In this document: piece after piece, positions 1 through 14,059 of the stretch
Position numbering within the stretch: position 1 is the stretch's first letter
Layout: every line of letters begins with the position of its first letter
Assembly: GCA_016748015.1 (NCBI GenBank)
Contig: JAAOMT010000602.1
Span: 571,696-635,695 of the forward strand
Direction: 5' to 3'
Length of the DNA stretch: 64,000 nt
DNA from: Geosiphon pyriformis uo1
Lineage: Eukaryota > Fungi > Glomeromycota
Made by a program: the position numbers and the translations under genes
The notes under the pieces: generated by a model
The model's database searches: none
Seen by the model: the letters and a program-made list of their open reading frames with translations, nothing else
Told to the model about the DNA's origin: nothing

Positions 1-80
1 TGTCTAGTTTAGATTACTTAATTGATGTATTGTATTGGGTAGTGTTTGGACCTTATTCATTAAAAAATAAAAATAAAAAA
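1..80 (+). mobile_element. 3' end (3' UTR and A-rich tail) of a LINE, inserted into another LINE
   Basis: tctagtttagattacttaattgatgtattgtattgggtagtgtttggaccttattcattaaa matches the LINE 3' terminus at 62585-62646 and is followed by an A-rich tail. Confidence 0.8.
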
Positions 81-409
81 GTATTTTGAAACATTTATTT
101 AAACACAAATTTTTAAACTTGTAAGTTCTAAAATAGATTTCTTTAGATTTTTTGTAGTTTTTTATTAAATTGCTTATTAGTTTAATAAATAATTTTTTGG
201 CTAAAATAATAATTTTTTTGCTTAATAAATTGTTTATAAAGAACAATTTACTTAATATATTCTACAGTTTAAGAAAGTTTTTAATATTAGATATTTTGGG
301 AGAGTTTTTGTATTATAATTCAATATGTTCTCTAAAATAGTTTAGTATTGCATTTAATAATAGACTATTGAACAAAAAGAGTAACATAATAAACTAAAAA
401 TTTTTTTAT
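81..409 (+). pseudogene. Decayed LINE ORF2 fragment (region between RT and RNase H)
   Basis: Translates to LFKHKFLNL*VLK*ISLDFL*F..NNFLAK..FSIAFNNRLLNKK, colinear with LINE2 at 25290-25610 (LFEHHALDLQVLG*MPLNSLQFP..NNFLVG..FGIAFGNVLSNKHG). Confidence 0.7.
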
Positions 410-594
410 TGTTACAAGTAATTATTTGGGGTTGAAATAAATAATAAACTTATAACTTAGTACTTAATTACTATCAATAATAATAATTTTTGAAGATTTT
501 ATGATCTAAAAGTTTTGGTTAAGTTTTTTGTATAATGAATAGAAATTCAATTGATAATTTTTTTTGCAAATTTTTTTTTCAGTATGGTAGTTAG
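410..594 (-). mobile_element. Partial family-B LTR (U5 end, reverse orientation), interrupted by element A
   Basis: tgttacaagtaattatttgggg is the reverse complement of the family-B LTR terminus ccaaataatcacttgtaaca; aligns with 26907-27100. Confidence 0.8.
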
Positions 595-3500
595 TATTAT
601 TTATAGAAATTAAAAATTATAATAATAGATAAAATAGCCAATCAAAAATAGGTATAGTAAAATGAAAAATTGCAAGATTTCCAAAAAATCTTATATAATA
701 CAAATTATGTATATATAATAAAAATGTTATGAGCAAAAAAATTTGACTCAAATAGAATGATAGTTAACAATAACTACTTATCTTTATCTCTCTCTTTAAA
801 AAATAGTTTTCTATAACTTGAAATAAAAAACCCATCAATATTAATAAAAATATCTAATTATTATTCAATTTATGTTATTATTGTTTGAATAAAAATATTA
901 ATTACTTTTTACTATTAACACTTTATGTTAATAGAATCCAATACTTAATTATATTGGAACAATAGCTTTTAATTATGACTATTGACAGAATACTAATTTT
1001 TTATTTTTTTTTTATTTTTTTATTTTCTTTTGTTTTGTTTCTTTGTTGTTACTAATTGATTGTAAGGATTAAGCACTAAATATTTAACATTAAAAATAGC
1101 CTGGTAAAAAATCTGGAAACAAGAATAAAAATTTAAGGATAACTTATCAGAAGAACATGACTGCCAGAATAAACCAGCCACTATGTTAAAAAAAATTCAC
1201 AGAAGAAATCATCAATTGAATCTCTGTCTATTATACAAAAAACTCAACTAAAACTTTTAGATTCCAAAATCTTTAAAAATTATTAATATTACCAGCTATT
1301 GAACACCAAATTATGGATTTGTTATTTGTTTCAACATTTCAAATAATTACTTGTAATATTTAGTGCTCTTTGTAAGATATAATCCAACAAAAAACCAATG
1401 CCAACATTAATTATTCAGAAAAATAACAAACCAAAAAATCATAGAAAAAAATTATTTAAGATTTGTAAAATTTTTATTTCAATATTACCAAATTTATTTT
1501 AGACTAACAAGTAATTATTAGCCAGCAGAATTAGCTTTCAATTTCTATGTTAATAAAAAAATTAAATTCTATTTGGAAAATTAAGAAGATCCAGAAACTA
1601 CTCTTAGAAATTTTTACAGTGAACTACTACAAAACATTATACTTTTACCAAATTATCTGTTTGCACCACTAATTACAAAAATAAACAGAGAAATTAAGTA
1701 TTACATCCAATAGAGATTTCTTATTATCTTTGCAGTTAAAGAAAAATTACAAACTTTAGTAGGAATATTAAGAAAAATACAACTGTCTATTTGGAAAAAA
1801 TTAAGAGTTATTTTACTTATTTACTTATTATACTATTATATTTTAGGAAGTATTATTCACATACTATCAGAATTCATATTACCATTAATTACAAAAACAC
1901 TATTATTCTATGTTTTGTTTCAAAATAATTAAGAAAAAGCCAAATTATTAAGAATCTACAGCAATTTTTTTAAAGGATTTAAATTGTGATCAACAACATT
2001 ATTAAGACTTTAATCAATATTACTTTAACCAAATTTCGAATCTATCAGTTATTAAAAAAACACCAATTAAAAAAAAAGGAAGACAATAATCAAAGAAATA
2101 ATAATCAAAACCCAATTCCAAATAATCTGGAAATACAAACTCCAATTGTTCAAATTCCACAAAACCTGAACAATCTAAATTTGCTTCTATTAAGCAAAAC
2201 TTACCTCCAATTATTGTAATTGATTTACCAGTTGTACTAATTACTACACAATAACAATAATCATAACAATAACAACAACCACAACAACAACAACAACTTA
2301 TACCAATAATATATACACTTATTATTAAACTAAAAAAATTCATTAGTAAAGAGAACAACACCCAAGCATGGCTAAATTATATATAAAAAACCATTGCAGC
2401 CAATAGATAAAATAATGCCAAAACAATTCAAGTCATTCTATGTTTTTTTTAAGACACTATTAACTTATAATATTAAAATCTTATAAACAAATTCCAAGAT
2501 TTTGATGTATTTAAAACTGTGTTTCTATGACATTTTAGTAATAATAATAGTCTGTTAACTAGTTTCACCACAATTAAACAAAGTAATACTAAAGCAATTA
2601 CTACTTACTTGAAACACTTCCATAGAAATTTGTACCAAATCCAGACAATTCAAGCTAACTATTTTAGAATAACACAGATTTTAAACCAGTTTATTTATGA
2701 ATTATACAACAGTTTATTACAATAAGTATGCTTAATGTACTTAAATACTTTTTAAGATATAGTAATATACACCAGAAATTTTAAATCAGTCAAACTTAAA
2801 GCCAATTACACCCAAGCCATAAATCTAGTAATGAATGAATTATTTAAATTGGATTTTAAGCTAAAACAATTTAGTAATTTTATCAATCAGAAAACCAAAA
2901 GATACTTAGTTAATAATTAAACAATCTATTAACTTTCTCAATATTGTAATAATTCAGAAAATTCCAATTATTTCCAAAATTAATTATGTTTGTTATTATC
3001 AGCCAATTAACCATAACAACAAAAAATATGTAATTGTCACTATTGTAATAAACAAGACTATTTAAAAGCAGATTGCTGCTTTAAATTTAATACTCAATGA
3101 TCAGAAAATCAATATTGAAATCTTGATTACTGATTTCAAACTCCAAATTATACTCAAAATTAAAAACAATATTAGTCTCATTACTCCCAAATAATACAAT
3201 AATCTATATATATACTTTTAGTCTATTAGACTCTAACTCTAATAATTTATTAACAGCTATAGTTACAAGTAATTTATCAACTCCAACAAATTCAAATGCC
3301 ACTTCAAATTACTGTGTCAACATCCACTGGAAATCCAAAGCTAAAAATTACACACATCCAGCAAAATTGGAGATCAGTAATAATAATACACCAACCAATC
3401 TCCAGTTTTTCAAATTAGCCATTAAGATTATAACAATAGAGTTTAGAAAGTGAGTACACTCAAAACCCAAATTTTCAGAACTATTTAAGTCTCTTAGTTA

Positions 3501-4616
3501 CTTCAGAAAACAACTTATCTAACAACTTAAAAATCAATACTACTTATTAACAATATTTTACCAGCAATAATTACCAAAAACAAGCCATCTTTTTTTTTGA
3601 ATTAGAAAAATTAGCAATAATATTTCTATTTAGTAGAACTGTTTTTAATATTAAACCAATTATTATTATGTATACTGATATCAAAATTGATGGCTAATCT
3701 ATCAAGCTAATTCTTAATAGTGAATTAACAGGCAGCATAATCACATAATAATTCATAAACCAATTAGGTTGCCAAGTTGATTATATTGTAAATGTTAGAA
3801 TTATTACAACTAATAAAACAATCAAGATTTCTATTGGCAAAATTGATAACTTTTCTTTTAAGTTAATAGCATTATTATGTCAATCAAAGTTTTAATTATA
3901 AAAGCTACACAATACTAAACTCTAATTAATAATAACTGGTTATTCAAAACTAATGTTGTATTCAACTAAACCATGCAAGAACTATAGCTTAGTTAAAATA
4001 ATCAACAAACTTAAATACCAGTTACTTGCAATTACTTCAAAACAAACACTACTATTTAACAACCATTAATAGAATTAAAAAAAAAAATTTACTTGAAAAG
4101 CCTATCAAGTTTTATGGACTAAAAATAAGTATAACAAATTGCCATTAATATTTTTTTGGGATAACAAAAAAAAAAGAAAAAAAGAGGATTAACTGTAAAT
4201 CATCACCATCATAGAAAAAACAAATAATAGTTGGTATATTTTATACTTAGTAAAAACCAAAAAGAAACTACTTTACATTTTACTTAGGTGTATTGACTAT
4301 AAAAAGAAGCTTTCTTTTATAGAAGCTTGGATTTCACCCAAAAAAAACTATTAAACACATATCCACTACTATTGTAGACTATATTACAGAGAACACTTTA
4401 GTTATTCAAAATAACAAAAAAAGTGGAACAACAAACCATGTTTTGTTTGTAAGGAAACCTTATTTAATAAAGAAATATAGAATAACATTCTTGGTTGTAA
4501 AAGAACATATAATACATTATGTTAATACATGATCCTAATAAGTAACTGGATGAGTTAAAAAACATTTTTCAATACTGTATGAAACTGAGCACTTTCATGC
4601 TTAGATGGTTATCTAT

Positions 4617-5588
4617 TGTTACTTATAGAATATAGAAATTACTGTATATTAGTATATAAATTAACCAATTAAAATAGACATAATAAAAGTGAAATTCTAG
4701 AATTCCTCTTAAAGAAATTGCAGAATTACAGAATTATAGAATTCTTATATGAGAAATTGCAGAATTGCAGAATTGCAGAATTCTTTTCAAAAAATTACAG
4801 GATTCCAAAAATTCCAAGATTTTTGGCTAAAAAATTAAAAAATTCAAAGAATCTTATATAACATATATTATATATATATATAGTGAAAGTGTTAAGCAAA
4901 AAAAGCAATTTCTGGAAAATTTAATAGAGTTTTATTAATTTAGAACAATCTTTTTTCTTTTTTATTTATTAACTTTCACTTTATGAATAGTTACTATTAA
5001 CCAAAATAATTTTATTAACAAAATATTAAATAAAACATACTTATTATTATTCAATCCATGTTATTGTTATTTGTTTAAAAATTTAATTACTCTTTCATTT
5101 ATCAACCCTTTATGTTGATAAAATCTAACACTTAATTACACTAAAACAATAGCTCTTGATTATGGCTATTGACAGAATACTAATTTTTTCTTTTTATTTA
5201 TTTTATTTATTTATTTTATTTATTTATTTTTATTTTCTTTTGTTTATTAATTGATTGAAGAATTGAAACACACGGAATTATTAACATTAAAAATAGTCTG
5301 ATAAAAGACCTCAAAAAAAGAGTATAGAGTTTAAAAAATTTATAGATAGCTTACCAGAAAGGCATAACTGCCAGAATAAACCAGTCACTATGCTAAAAAA
5401 AAATTTGACTGAATTGTGATTCCAAGAGACTACTAATACAATCATTGAATTTCTGTCCATTATACAAAGAACTCAACTAAAACTTTTAGACAACCAAAAC
5501 CTTCAGATATTACCAACTATATCACTTATTAAGTACCAAGTTACAGGTTTGTTATTTGTATTAACACCCCAAATAATCATCTGTAATA
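4617..5588 (+). mobile_element. Solo LTR, family B (B1 U3 type), inside element A
   Basis: Ends tgttactta...ctgtaata, flanked by 4-bp TSD CTAT (4613-4616 and 5589-5592); no PBS follows and the host frame resumes. Confidence 0.9.
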
Positions 5589-6109
5589 CTATACAATGAG
5601 AACAAAATCTGGTAAATAACAAATGCCAAAGTCAAAAGTGTTTTACTTAACAAAATACTTGTTATTAAAAACAACTTACCAAAACCTGTTGAAACTGTTT
5701 TTATTTCCAATCCAAATGTATTTATTAATATCTTGAATAATTTAAAACAATTTCAAGAGTATTATCAAAATTTAGCACTTACTAGAGAAAAGCAAAAGCA
5801 GTATTTAGAACAATTAAACACTAAACTTTGTAAGTATTGCCTAATTTTTAGTAACTTTAAATATTGTGACAATTGTAATCTTATTTACAATCTATTATCA
5901 TGCATAATTTATTTAATTTCTAAAAAAAAAGAACCAATCAGCAAATGTGTATTGAAATCAAAATCAAAATTTAATCACAATTTAAACTTTAATAATAATA
6001 ACAATAACAGTTTTAACTCTATTTATAATAGCAACAATAATAACAACAATTCAAACTCCAACAAAAACTTTGAAAAATATATTATACTTCCAAATTTCTT
6101 AAAGGAGCA

Positions 6110-6530
6110 GAAACTTAAATGGTTCAACAATAATAATAAAAATATTATGCCAAAACATGCACATGATACTAATACAAAATTTAATCTTAGATATCTAAGA
6201 AAAAGTGCTATCATATTGGAACCACATTTACATACCAGCTAGATTTAAAATTAGCACTGGAAATTCCAACAATAATAATAGTTCAATTAGTCTCTAGATT
6301 TAGTTTAATGAAAAAGAGAATTAATATCAAAAGAGAAATAATTAATGTAAAATATATAGGAAATATTATTACAATACTACAAAATAACTCAAAAAAAGGA
6401 TACACAATTGAACTAAATAAAAAGATAACATAGACAATATTCCTGTTTTTAGTTAAAATAGCTCAATTAATATTAGTAGAAATGAGAGAAAAGTTAAGGA
6501 TTATAGCAAAAGGAATTAAAAGATTCAAAT
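6110..6530 (+). pseudogene. dUTPase domain of element A (decayed)
   Basis: AHDTNTKFNLRY, xSRFSL, EIINVKYIGNI, KIT*TIF and RF-like remnants of dUTPase motifs 1-5. Confidence 0.75.
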
Positions 6531-7537
6531 ATATAAATAAAATAAATATACTAGTTAATATAATAGAAAAAAAAACCATTAATAAAGAAAAAATTATTTC
6601 CACTTATCAATCAATTTTTATTCTATTATATAATTAGTATATATTAGTTATAAAGAAAAAGGTAAAAGATCAACCCCAGATTTTTGAAGCTAAAATAAAC
6701 ATTTGTAAATCAGAAGAGATTGGTATTACTAATCTCTATATACTAGCCAAGAACTACAAACACATCAAAATTCCAATATATAATACAACTAAAAACTTCA
6801 TAGAAATACCAAATAAAATTACTATCAGATATTTAAGTACTAAAGTTGAAAACCAATTACCAATCATTATTTTAGATTTTTCACAATTTTGCAGATATAT
6901 GAATATCATATCACAAATTATATACAGACAAAAAAAATGTTATTTATTACAACTAAAACAATTAGAACAAATAAACTTGTAGAATTTAGATCTACTTTAA
7001 TATATGCAACTTAAGATATTATTTAACAATTTTATTGATATTTTTGTAAGTAAAAACAAATTTGGCTGAACTAACATTATTCAGCACCAAATTAAAACTG
7101 AAGATACTATACCAATAAAACAATAAACATATAGAGTACTACCAATTAGCCATGAAATCATTCAACAAAAAATCAATTAAATATTGAATAATAGATTAAT
7201 TCAATTATTAATGAATTTATAGTCATTACTAGTGGTACTTGTATATAAAAAGAATAGAAAAATCCACTTTTATGTAAATTACAGAAAACTCAACAGTGTT
7301 ATTTATAGAAATAACTATTTAATATCATAGATTCAGAAATTATTTAATGCTTTTGAAGAAAAAAAATGGTTCTTAATATTGAACTTAAATAGTAGTTACT
7401 GACAAATAATCATAAATTTAGCTAACAAAAAAAAGACAATATTTACAACCAAAGAGAAAAATTTTGAATTTAACATTATGTCATTTAGCTTAATTAATAT
7501 TTCAATCATCTTTCAATGACTTATAGAAATTGTATAT

Positions 7538-10500
7538 TGTTATTCATAAAATATAGGAATTATATATTAGTATATAATTAGCCAATCAAAATAAGACATG
7601 GTAAAAGTAGAATTTTAAGATTTTTTTTAGAGAAATTACAGGATTCCAGAATTATAGAATTCCAGTATAAAGAATTGCAGGATTTTAGAATTTCAGGACT
7701 TCTCTTGAGGAATTACAAAATTTCAAGAATTCTAGGATTCCTGGCTAAAAAATTGAAGAATTTAAGAAATTTCATATAACAAAATTTATATATATATAAA
7801 AGTAGTGTTAAAAACAGGATTCTTAAATTAGAAACTTCAGTTCCAATTCTTCATCTATTCTTCTATATAATAATATTCTGTAACTTGAAGTGGAAACATC
7901 AAATATCAATAAAATACTTATTATCATTATAATCTATCTTTTCACTATCAACAAACTCATGTTGATAATTACTAATACTTAACTATATTGGACTAATAAC
8001 TTTTGATTATAGTTATTAATAAAATACTAACTCTTTCTTGCCTTGGCTTATTTTTTTTATTTTTTTTTATTTTTTTTTTTGTTGTTTACTAATTGATTTG
8101 AGAGATTAAGCACTAAATAATTAATGTTAAAGATAATCTGATAAAAAACTCCAAAGGAAGAGTATAGAGTTAAAAATTTAAAGATAGCTTATCAGAAGAA
8201 CATGACTGCCAGAATAAACTGGCCACCATGCTAAAGACAGAAATTGAGCAGAATTGCAATTCTGAGAAGACTACTAATACAACCATTGAATCTTTGTTTA
8301 TTATACAAAGAACTCAACCAAAACCTTCAGATCACAAAAATCTTTAGAAATCACCAATCATACTAGCTATTGAGCACCAAGTTATGAGTTTATTATTTGT
8401 TTTCAGATCCTAAATAATCTTTTATAACATTTGGTGTTACTTGTGAAGTATAATTTAACAGAAAACTAGTCTTAACAACAATTATTAGAACAGTAGCAGA
8501 ATCAGAAGTAATAGAAACAAACCACTTGGAATTCATAAAAGCCCTATTTCAATATTATTACCCTTATTTGAGATTGACAAATAATAATTGGCCAGCAGAA
8601 TTAGCTTTTAATTGTTATGTTAATAAAAAGATTGTATATTATTTGAGAGAACAAAGAAATTCAGAATCTGTCTTCAACAATTTTTTCAATAAATTACTTT
8701 AAAGCATCATACTGCTACAGACTTATTTATTTGCATCACTAATTATAAAAATAAACAGAGAAATTAAAAAATACACCGAACAGAAATTTCTTATCACTTT
8801 CACAAACAAAGGAAAAAAAAGATTACAAACACCAGTAGAAACACTAAATCTGATACAACTACCTACTTAGAAAAAACCAAGAGTTAAATTACCAAAAAAC
8901 TTATTATATTACTATACACTAGAAAGTATCATTAACATCACAGCAGCAGATGTATCCACATTAAACACAAGAACACTATTAGCCAAAATTTCATTTCAGA
9001 ATAAACAAGAAAAAGCTAAATTATTAAGAACTTATAGCAAATATTTTGAAGGATTTAATTTATAATCAGCAATATCATTAGAATGTCAATTACCACTATT
9101 ACAATCAGATTTCAGAACTACTAGTCTTTGGGAAATAACCAAATCTGAAGAAAAAAAAAATAGCAATTGGGAAGTCAATAATTAAAACCTGATCCCAGAA
9201 ATCCAAACTTCAATTGTTCAAACTCAGCAAAATTAAAACAATCCAAACACTGCTTCTATTGTGCCCCAAAACTTATCTTTAGTATTGTAATAGACCCACC
9301 AGTTGCACCAATTGCTGAACAACAACAACAATAGCCACAACCACCACTTTAGCAACAATTTCAACAGCAATCACAACCACAACAGTAACAACTACTATTA
9401 GCACTAATAGCATATATACCAATTGCAAAACTCAAGAAATTTACTGACAAGGAGGATAATGTACAAGTATGACTCAATGATGTGAAAAAAGCCATTGCAA
9501 TCAATAGATAGGATAATGTCAGAGCACTACAAATAATCTTATACTTTTTTTAAGATATTGTTAACTTCTAATATCAAAGCTTAATCCAAAAATCCCAAGA
9601 CTTTAATACATTCAAACTAAAATTTCTAAGATATTTTAGTAATAATAATAGTATCAACCACTTAACAAATACATTCAAAACTATTAAACAAAGAGATACT
9701 AAAGCAGTTACCACTTATTTAGAATGCTTCCACAGAAATCTGTGTCAAATACAAGCAATTAACATGAATTACTTTACAGTATCACAGATCTTGAACCAGT
9801 TTATCTGTAGGCTATACAGCAGTATTCTCCAGTGTATATGTCTAATGCATCCACAAACTTTCCAAAATGCAGTTACTAATACCTGAAATTTTGAATTGGC
9901 CAAGCTAGAAGCTAATTACACTCAAGTTATTAATCTAGTAATAAACGGATTATTTAAATTAGACTCTAAGTTAAAACAATTTAGTGATTTTATTAATCAA
10001 AAATAAGAGGAATACTTAGCTAACAATCAAGCAATTTATCAACCACTATAACACAAAAATAATCCAGAAAATACAAATAATGTTCAATAACAACAAAAAA
10101 TACATAGTTGTCATTATTATGATAAACAAAACCATTACAATTTGAATATTGCAAATAGTTAAATGATCAATGATCAGAAAATCAGTATTGAAACCCTGAT
10201 TGCTGGTTTCAAATTCCGAATTATTCTTTAAATCAAGATTAATATTAACTCTATTATTCACAAATAACATAATAACCAATTTATTAACCTCCAATCTATC
10301 AAACTTCAGTTTTAGTTATTTATCAACCACAGCCACAAGTAATCTATTAATCCTAACCAATTTAACCACTGTTATAAAACTCAGCTCAAATATTATCCAG
10401 AAACCAAAGACCAAGAATCACTTACACACAGCAAAACTGAAGATCAGCAATAGTAATGTACCAACTGATCTTCAGTTCATTAAGTTAACCATCAAGATTT

Positions 10501-10869
10501 TGCCAGTAAAGTTCAAATACTGAATATAGCCAAAGCCTGAATTCTCAAAACTATTTAAGTTTTCTGGTTATTTTAAAAGACATTTCATTCAACAACCAGG
10601 AAACTAACCAAAAACCACTTACCAACAACATACCTTTAGCAATTATAACAAATGACAATTTCCTAGCAGCTATCTTTTCATTTAAATTAAAAGACCAAAT
10701 AGAAATATCATTATTCAGTAAAGCTGCTCTTAACACTAAACCAATTACTGTAATATACACTGATGTTAAAGTTAATAGTCAATTCATCAAACTAGTCCTT
10801 GATAACAGATTAGCAGACAGCATTATTACATAACAACTTATAGACCAATTAGGTTGCCAAATTGATTGC
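7538..10869 (+). mobile_element. Element B: family B, 5' LTR 7538-8429, PBS, gag and start of protease; inserted in RT of A, truncated by element C
   Basis: tgttattcata...ttataaca then tttggtgttac; gag homologous to A and D; protease KLVLDNRLADSII ~10790. Confidence 0.85.
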
Positions 10870-13230
10870 TGTTACTCATAAAGAAAATATATAAAAAATA
10901 GTAGGAAAACAGATAGACCAATAGGAGAGTAATAGTTAACATGTAAGCATATTGTTTAAAAAATTATAGCACATTGCTCAGAAATGTGAATGATCTCATA
11001 AAATCTAAATTATATATATTGTTACTGGAGGTTTTTGGTCTCTTTTCTGTAATATTGTTGATACTTATTTGCTGTGAATTCACGTTTTCTGGATGTGGTT
11101 GAACCTCCAGTAACTGAATTTTTAACTTCAAATTATTTCCTATAATTTGAACTGCTGAGCTTATAAGTGGAATGGCCAATTCCATGCCAGTTGCTTTGTG
11201 TAGTTACGTTGTAGTAAATGTCAACTCTTTCCCAGGAATTGCTTGTCTGGAAGCTCACTAAAATGTGTAGTTACTTTGTTGTGAAAGTCAACTCTTCTAC
11301 AGGAATCTTGTCTGTAGGCTACCCTAATGATTGTAATAAGAAAAGGAAAGGAAACTAAAAGAAATGTAAGAGAAATAGAATTTTGTTAAGAGAAACGTTT
11401 TCTATTCAGGCCTGGAGTCACTAACAGTTTACTGAAATTGGTAGCTAATCAATTTCGAAATGCTAGTTGGGTTTTGGGGATTTTCCAAGTACAATAATTA
11501 AAGAATTTGGTTTTTTTGAATTATTTGATATTTATTTCTTTTTGTGTATATAAGAACAGTTTTAAGAGATAAATCTAAAGTAAGATACATTTTCTCGAAG
11601 AGAGAAGCTCTTCTTTTATACAACTTGTTGTAACACTATTCTATGAACTTGAACTCTGCTATTTTCTACAATTTCGCTGAACTAAAGATACATTTCGGCA
11701 AACTACAAGTTATTTCGGCGAACTATTAGATATTTTGGTGAACTATCAATTATTTCAGCAAATTTCTACAAATTTTGGCGAACTTCTGAATGTTACATAG
11801 TTCGGGATATTGCATGATTGATCATTGCAATTAGGTTACATTTGTGTTGTGTACAATTTGGGTTATTAATTAAATGATAATTTCGGACATTTTTTGCTAA
11901 TGTAATAAGTGATCATTTGAAATGATAATATATACTAATTAATGATAGGAATTATAAGATAATTTCATGCTAAATAATATCTCTAATTTCGTCTGGTAAC
12001 AATATATAACAAGAGTATTAGAAGCAGAAAAAACAGAATAATTACTAAGACCTCTCTATTATCATATTTCTATTAGAATTATTAATATCAATAAATAATT
12101 ATTCTTCATCTAAATTACTCTTCCCACTATCAATATTTTATGTTGATAGTATCAAATACTTGATCATACTGGAACAATAGCTCTTAATTATGGTTATTGA
12201 TAGGATACTAACTTTATTGCCTTGGCTTATATTTTATTTCTTTAATTTTCTTTTGTATTTTATTTCTTTTTTTGTTTACTAATTGATTAAAAATTAAGTA
12301 TTGAATTATTAATGTCAAAGATAGCCTGGTAAAAAACCCAAAAAAAGGGTGTAGTAATTAAAAAATTTATGGATAGCTTACCAAAAAAGCATGATTGTCA
12401 GAATAAACTAGCCACCATGCTAAAAAAAAAATTTGATAGAATTGTAATTCCAAAAGGCTACTGATAAAACTACTATTAAATCTCTGTCTATTATACAAAA
12501 AACTCCAACCAAAAACCTTTAAATCACGAAAACCTTCAAATATTACCAACATAATTCAGCTACTGAGCACCAAATTACAGATTTGTTATTTAATTTGAGA
12601 CCCCAAATAATTACCTATAATATTTGGTACTCTTTGTGAAGTATAATTCTATAAAGAACTAGTACTAACAAACAACTATTTAAAAGTAGCAGAACCAGAA
12701 AAAATAGAAACAAATCATTTAGAATTTGCCAAATCTTTATTTTAACACTACTGTCAACACTTAGAATTAACCAACAATTACTTATCAGTAGAATCAGTAT
12801 TTAATTTCTATGTCAATGAGAGAATTTCATATTTGTTAGGAGTACCAGTAGAAACTGACTTAGCAAGAGGAAATTTCTACAACAAATTAATTCAAAATAC
12901 TAGCCTACTAGTAAATTATAACTTCATGGCAATTCTTACTAAAATCAATAGAAAAATTGAAAATCACACTCAACAAAGATACTCAATCACCTACACAAAC
13001 AAAGGCAAAAGAAAACTACAAATACCAGCAGTAACACCTTAAAAAATACAACTACTTACTTGAAAGAAAACAAGAGTAAAATTACCAATCAACCCATCAT
13101 ATTACTATATATTTAGAAGTACCATCAACATTTCATTACTAAGCACGTCTATTTTAAACACAAAATCATCATTAGTCTAACTTTTATTTCAAAGTAAACA
13201 AAAAAAAACAGAGTTATTAGGAATCTATGA
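10870..13230 (+). mobile_element. Element C: family B, 5' LTR 10870-12622 (split by a solo family-A LTR), PBS and N-terminal gag region; truncated by element D
   Basis: tgttactcata...ctataata then tttggtactc; ORF 12833-13042 is homologous to the N-terminal extension of B and D. Confidence 0.85.
11020..12001 (-). mobile_element. Solo LTR, family A, inserted in the TATA tract of element C's LTR
   Basis: Ends tgttactggagg...gtctggtaaca; TSD ATAT (11016-11019 and 12002-12005); highly similar to the LTRs at 36628 and 45511. Confidence 0.92.
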
Positions 13231-14059
13231 TGTTATTTATAAAGAAAACATATAAAGAAAATAGTAGAAAAACAGATAGACCAATAGAAAAGTAGTAGTT
13301 AGCACATAAGCACATTATTTAACAATATGAAGCAATATCAAAAATTATGGCATATTGTTTAGCAATGTGGAGCAATGTTAGAAAATTAGGGCATATTGCT
13401 TAGCAATGTAAGCATTGCTTAAAAAATTATAGTACATTACTCAGAAATATAAACAATCTCATAGAACCTAAATTATATATATATAGCAAGAACATTAGAA
13501 GCAGAAAAGACAAAATCAGAACCAAAACCTCTTAGTTTGAACTTTTTTTTCTATTTATGTACTAATTACTTCACAGATAGTTCATATCTACTAAAGTAAA
13601 ATCATTAAAATATCAATAAAAGACTTATCCACATTCAATTCATGTTGTTATTATTTGATTGAAAAATATTCATTAGACTTCAACTATCAACACTTCATGT
13701 TGATAGCTGTCAATACTTAATTATACTGAAACAATAGCTCTTGATCATGGCTATTGATGAGATACTAATTTTATCACCTTGGCTTACATTTTATTTTCTT
13801 TAATTTTCTTTTGTATTTTATTTCTTTGTTGTTTACTTACCAGAGAATTGCTGGCCATCAAGCCAAAAAAAAATTAACAGAATTGCAATTCTGAGAGACT
13901 ACTGAAAACAACTATTGAATCTCTGTCTATTATACAAAAAACTCAACCAAAATTTTCAAATATAAAAACCTTCAGATATTATTAATGAGACCAATTATTA
14001 ATTATCAAGTAATGTATTTGTTATTTGATTTGAGACCTCAAATAATCACCTGTAATATT

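Larger units (their letters stand above)
595..7537 (+). mobile_element. Element A: Ty3/Gypsy family B, 5' part only (5' LTR 595-1358, PBS, gag-PR-Cys-rich-dUTPase-start of RT), truncated by element B
   Basis: LTR tattatttata...ttgtaata followed by decayed PBS tttagtgctc; CCHC remnant ~3030-3080; protease KLILNSELTGSII ~3700; dUTPase AHDTNTKFNL ~6160; RT from ~7090. Confidence 0.85.

Noticed and set aside
2020-2361. Cys/Tyr-rich minus-strand ORF (CCCCCGCCYCYDY)
   Set aside because: It is the antisense reading of CAA/Gln repeats in element A's gag, not a metallothionein-like gene.
5985-6065. AAT/AAC microsatellite as a separate feature
   Set aside because: It is the Asn/Asp-rich linker before the dUTPase, also present in D at ~17715-17800.
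13227-13230. ATGA/GTGG as a mutated TSD of D
   Set aside because: Two G>A changes could relate them, but the right flank is LINE sequence rather than the continuation of C's gag.
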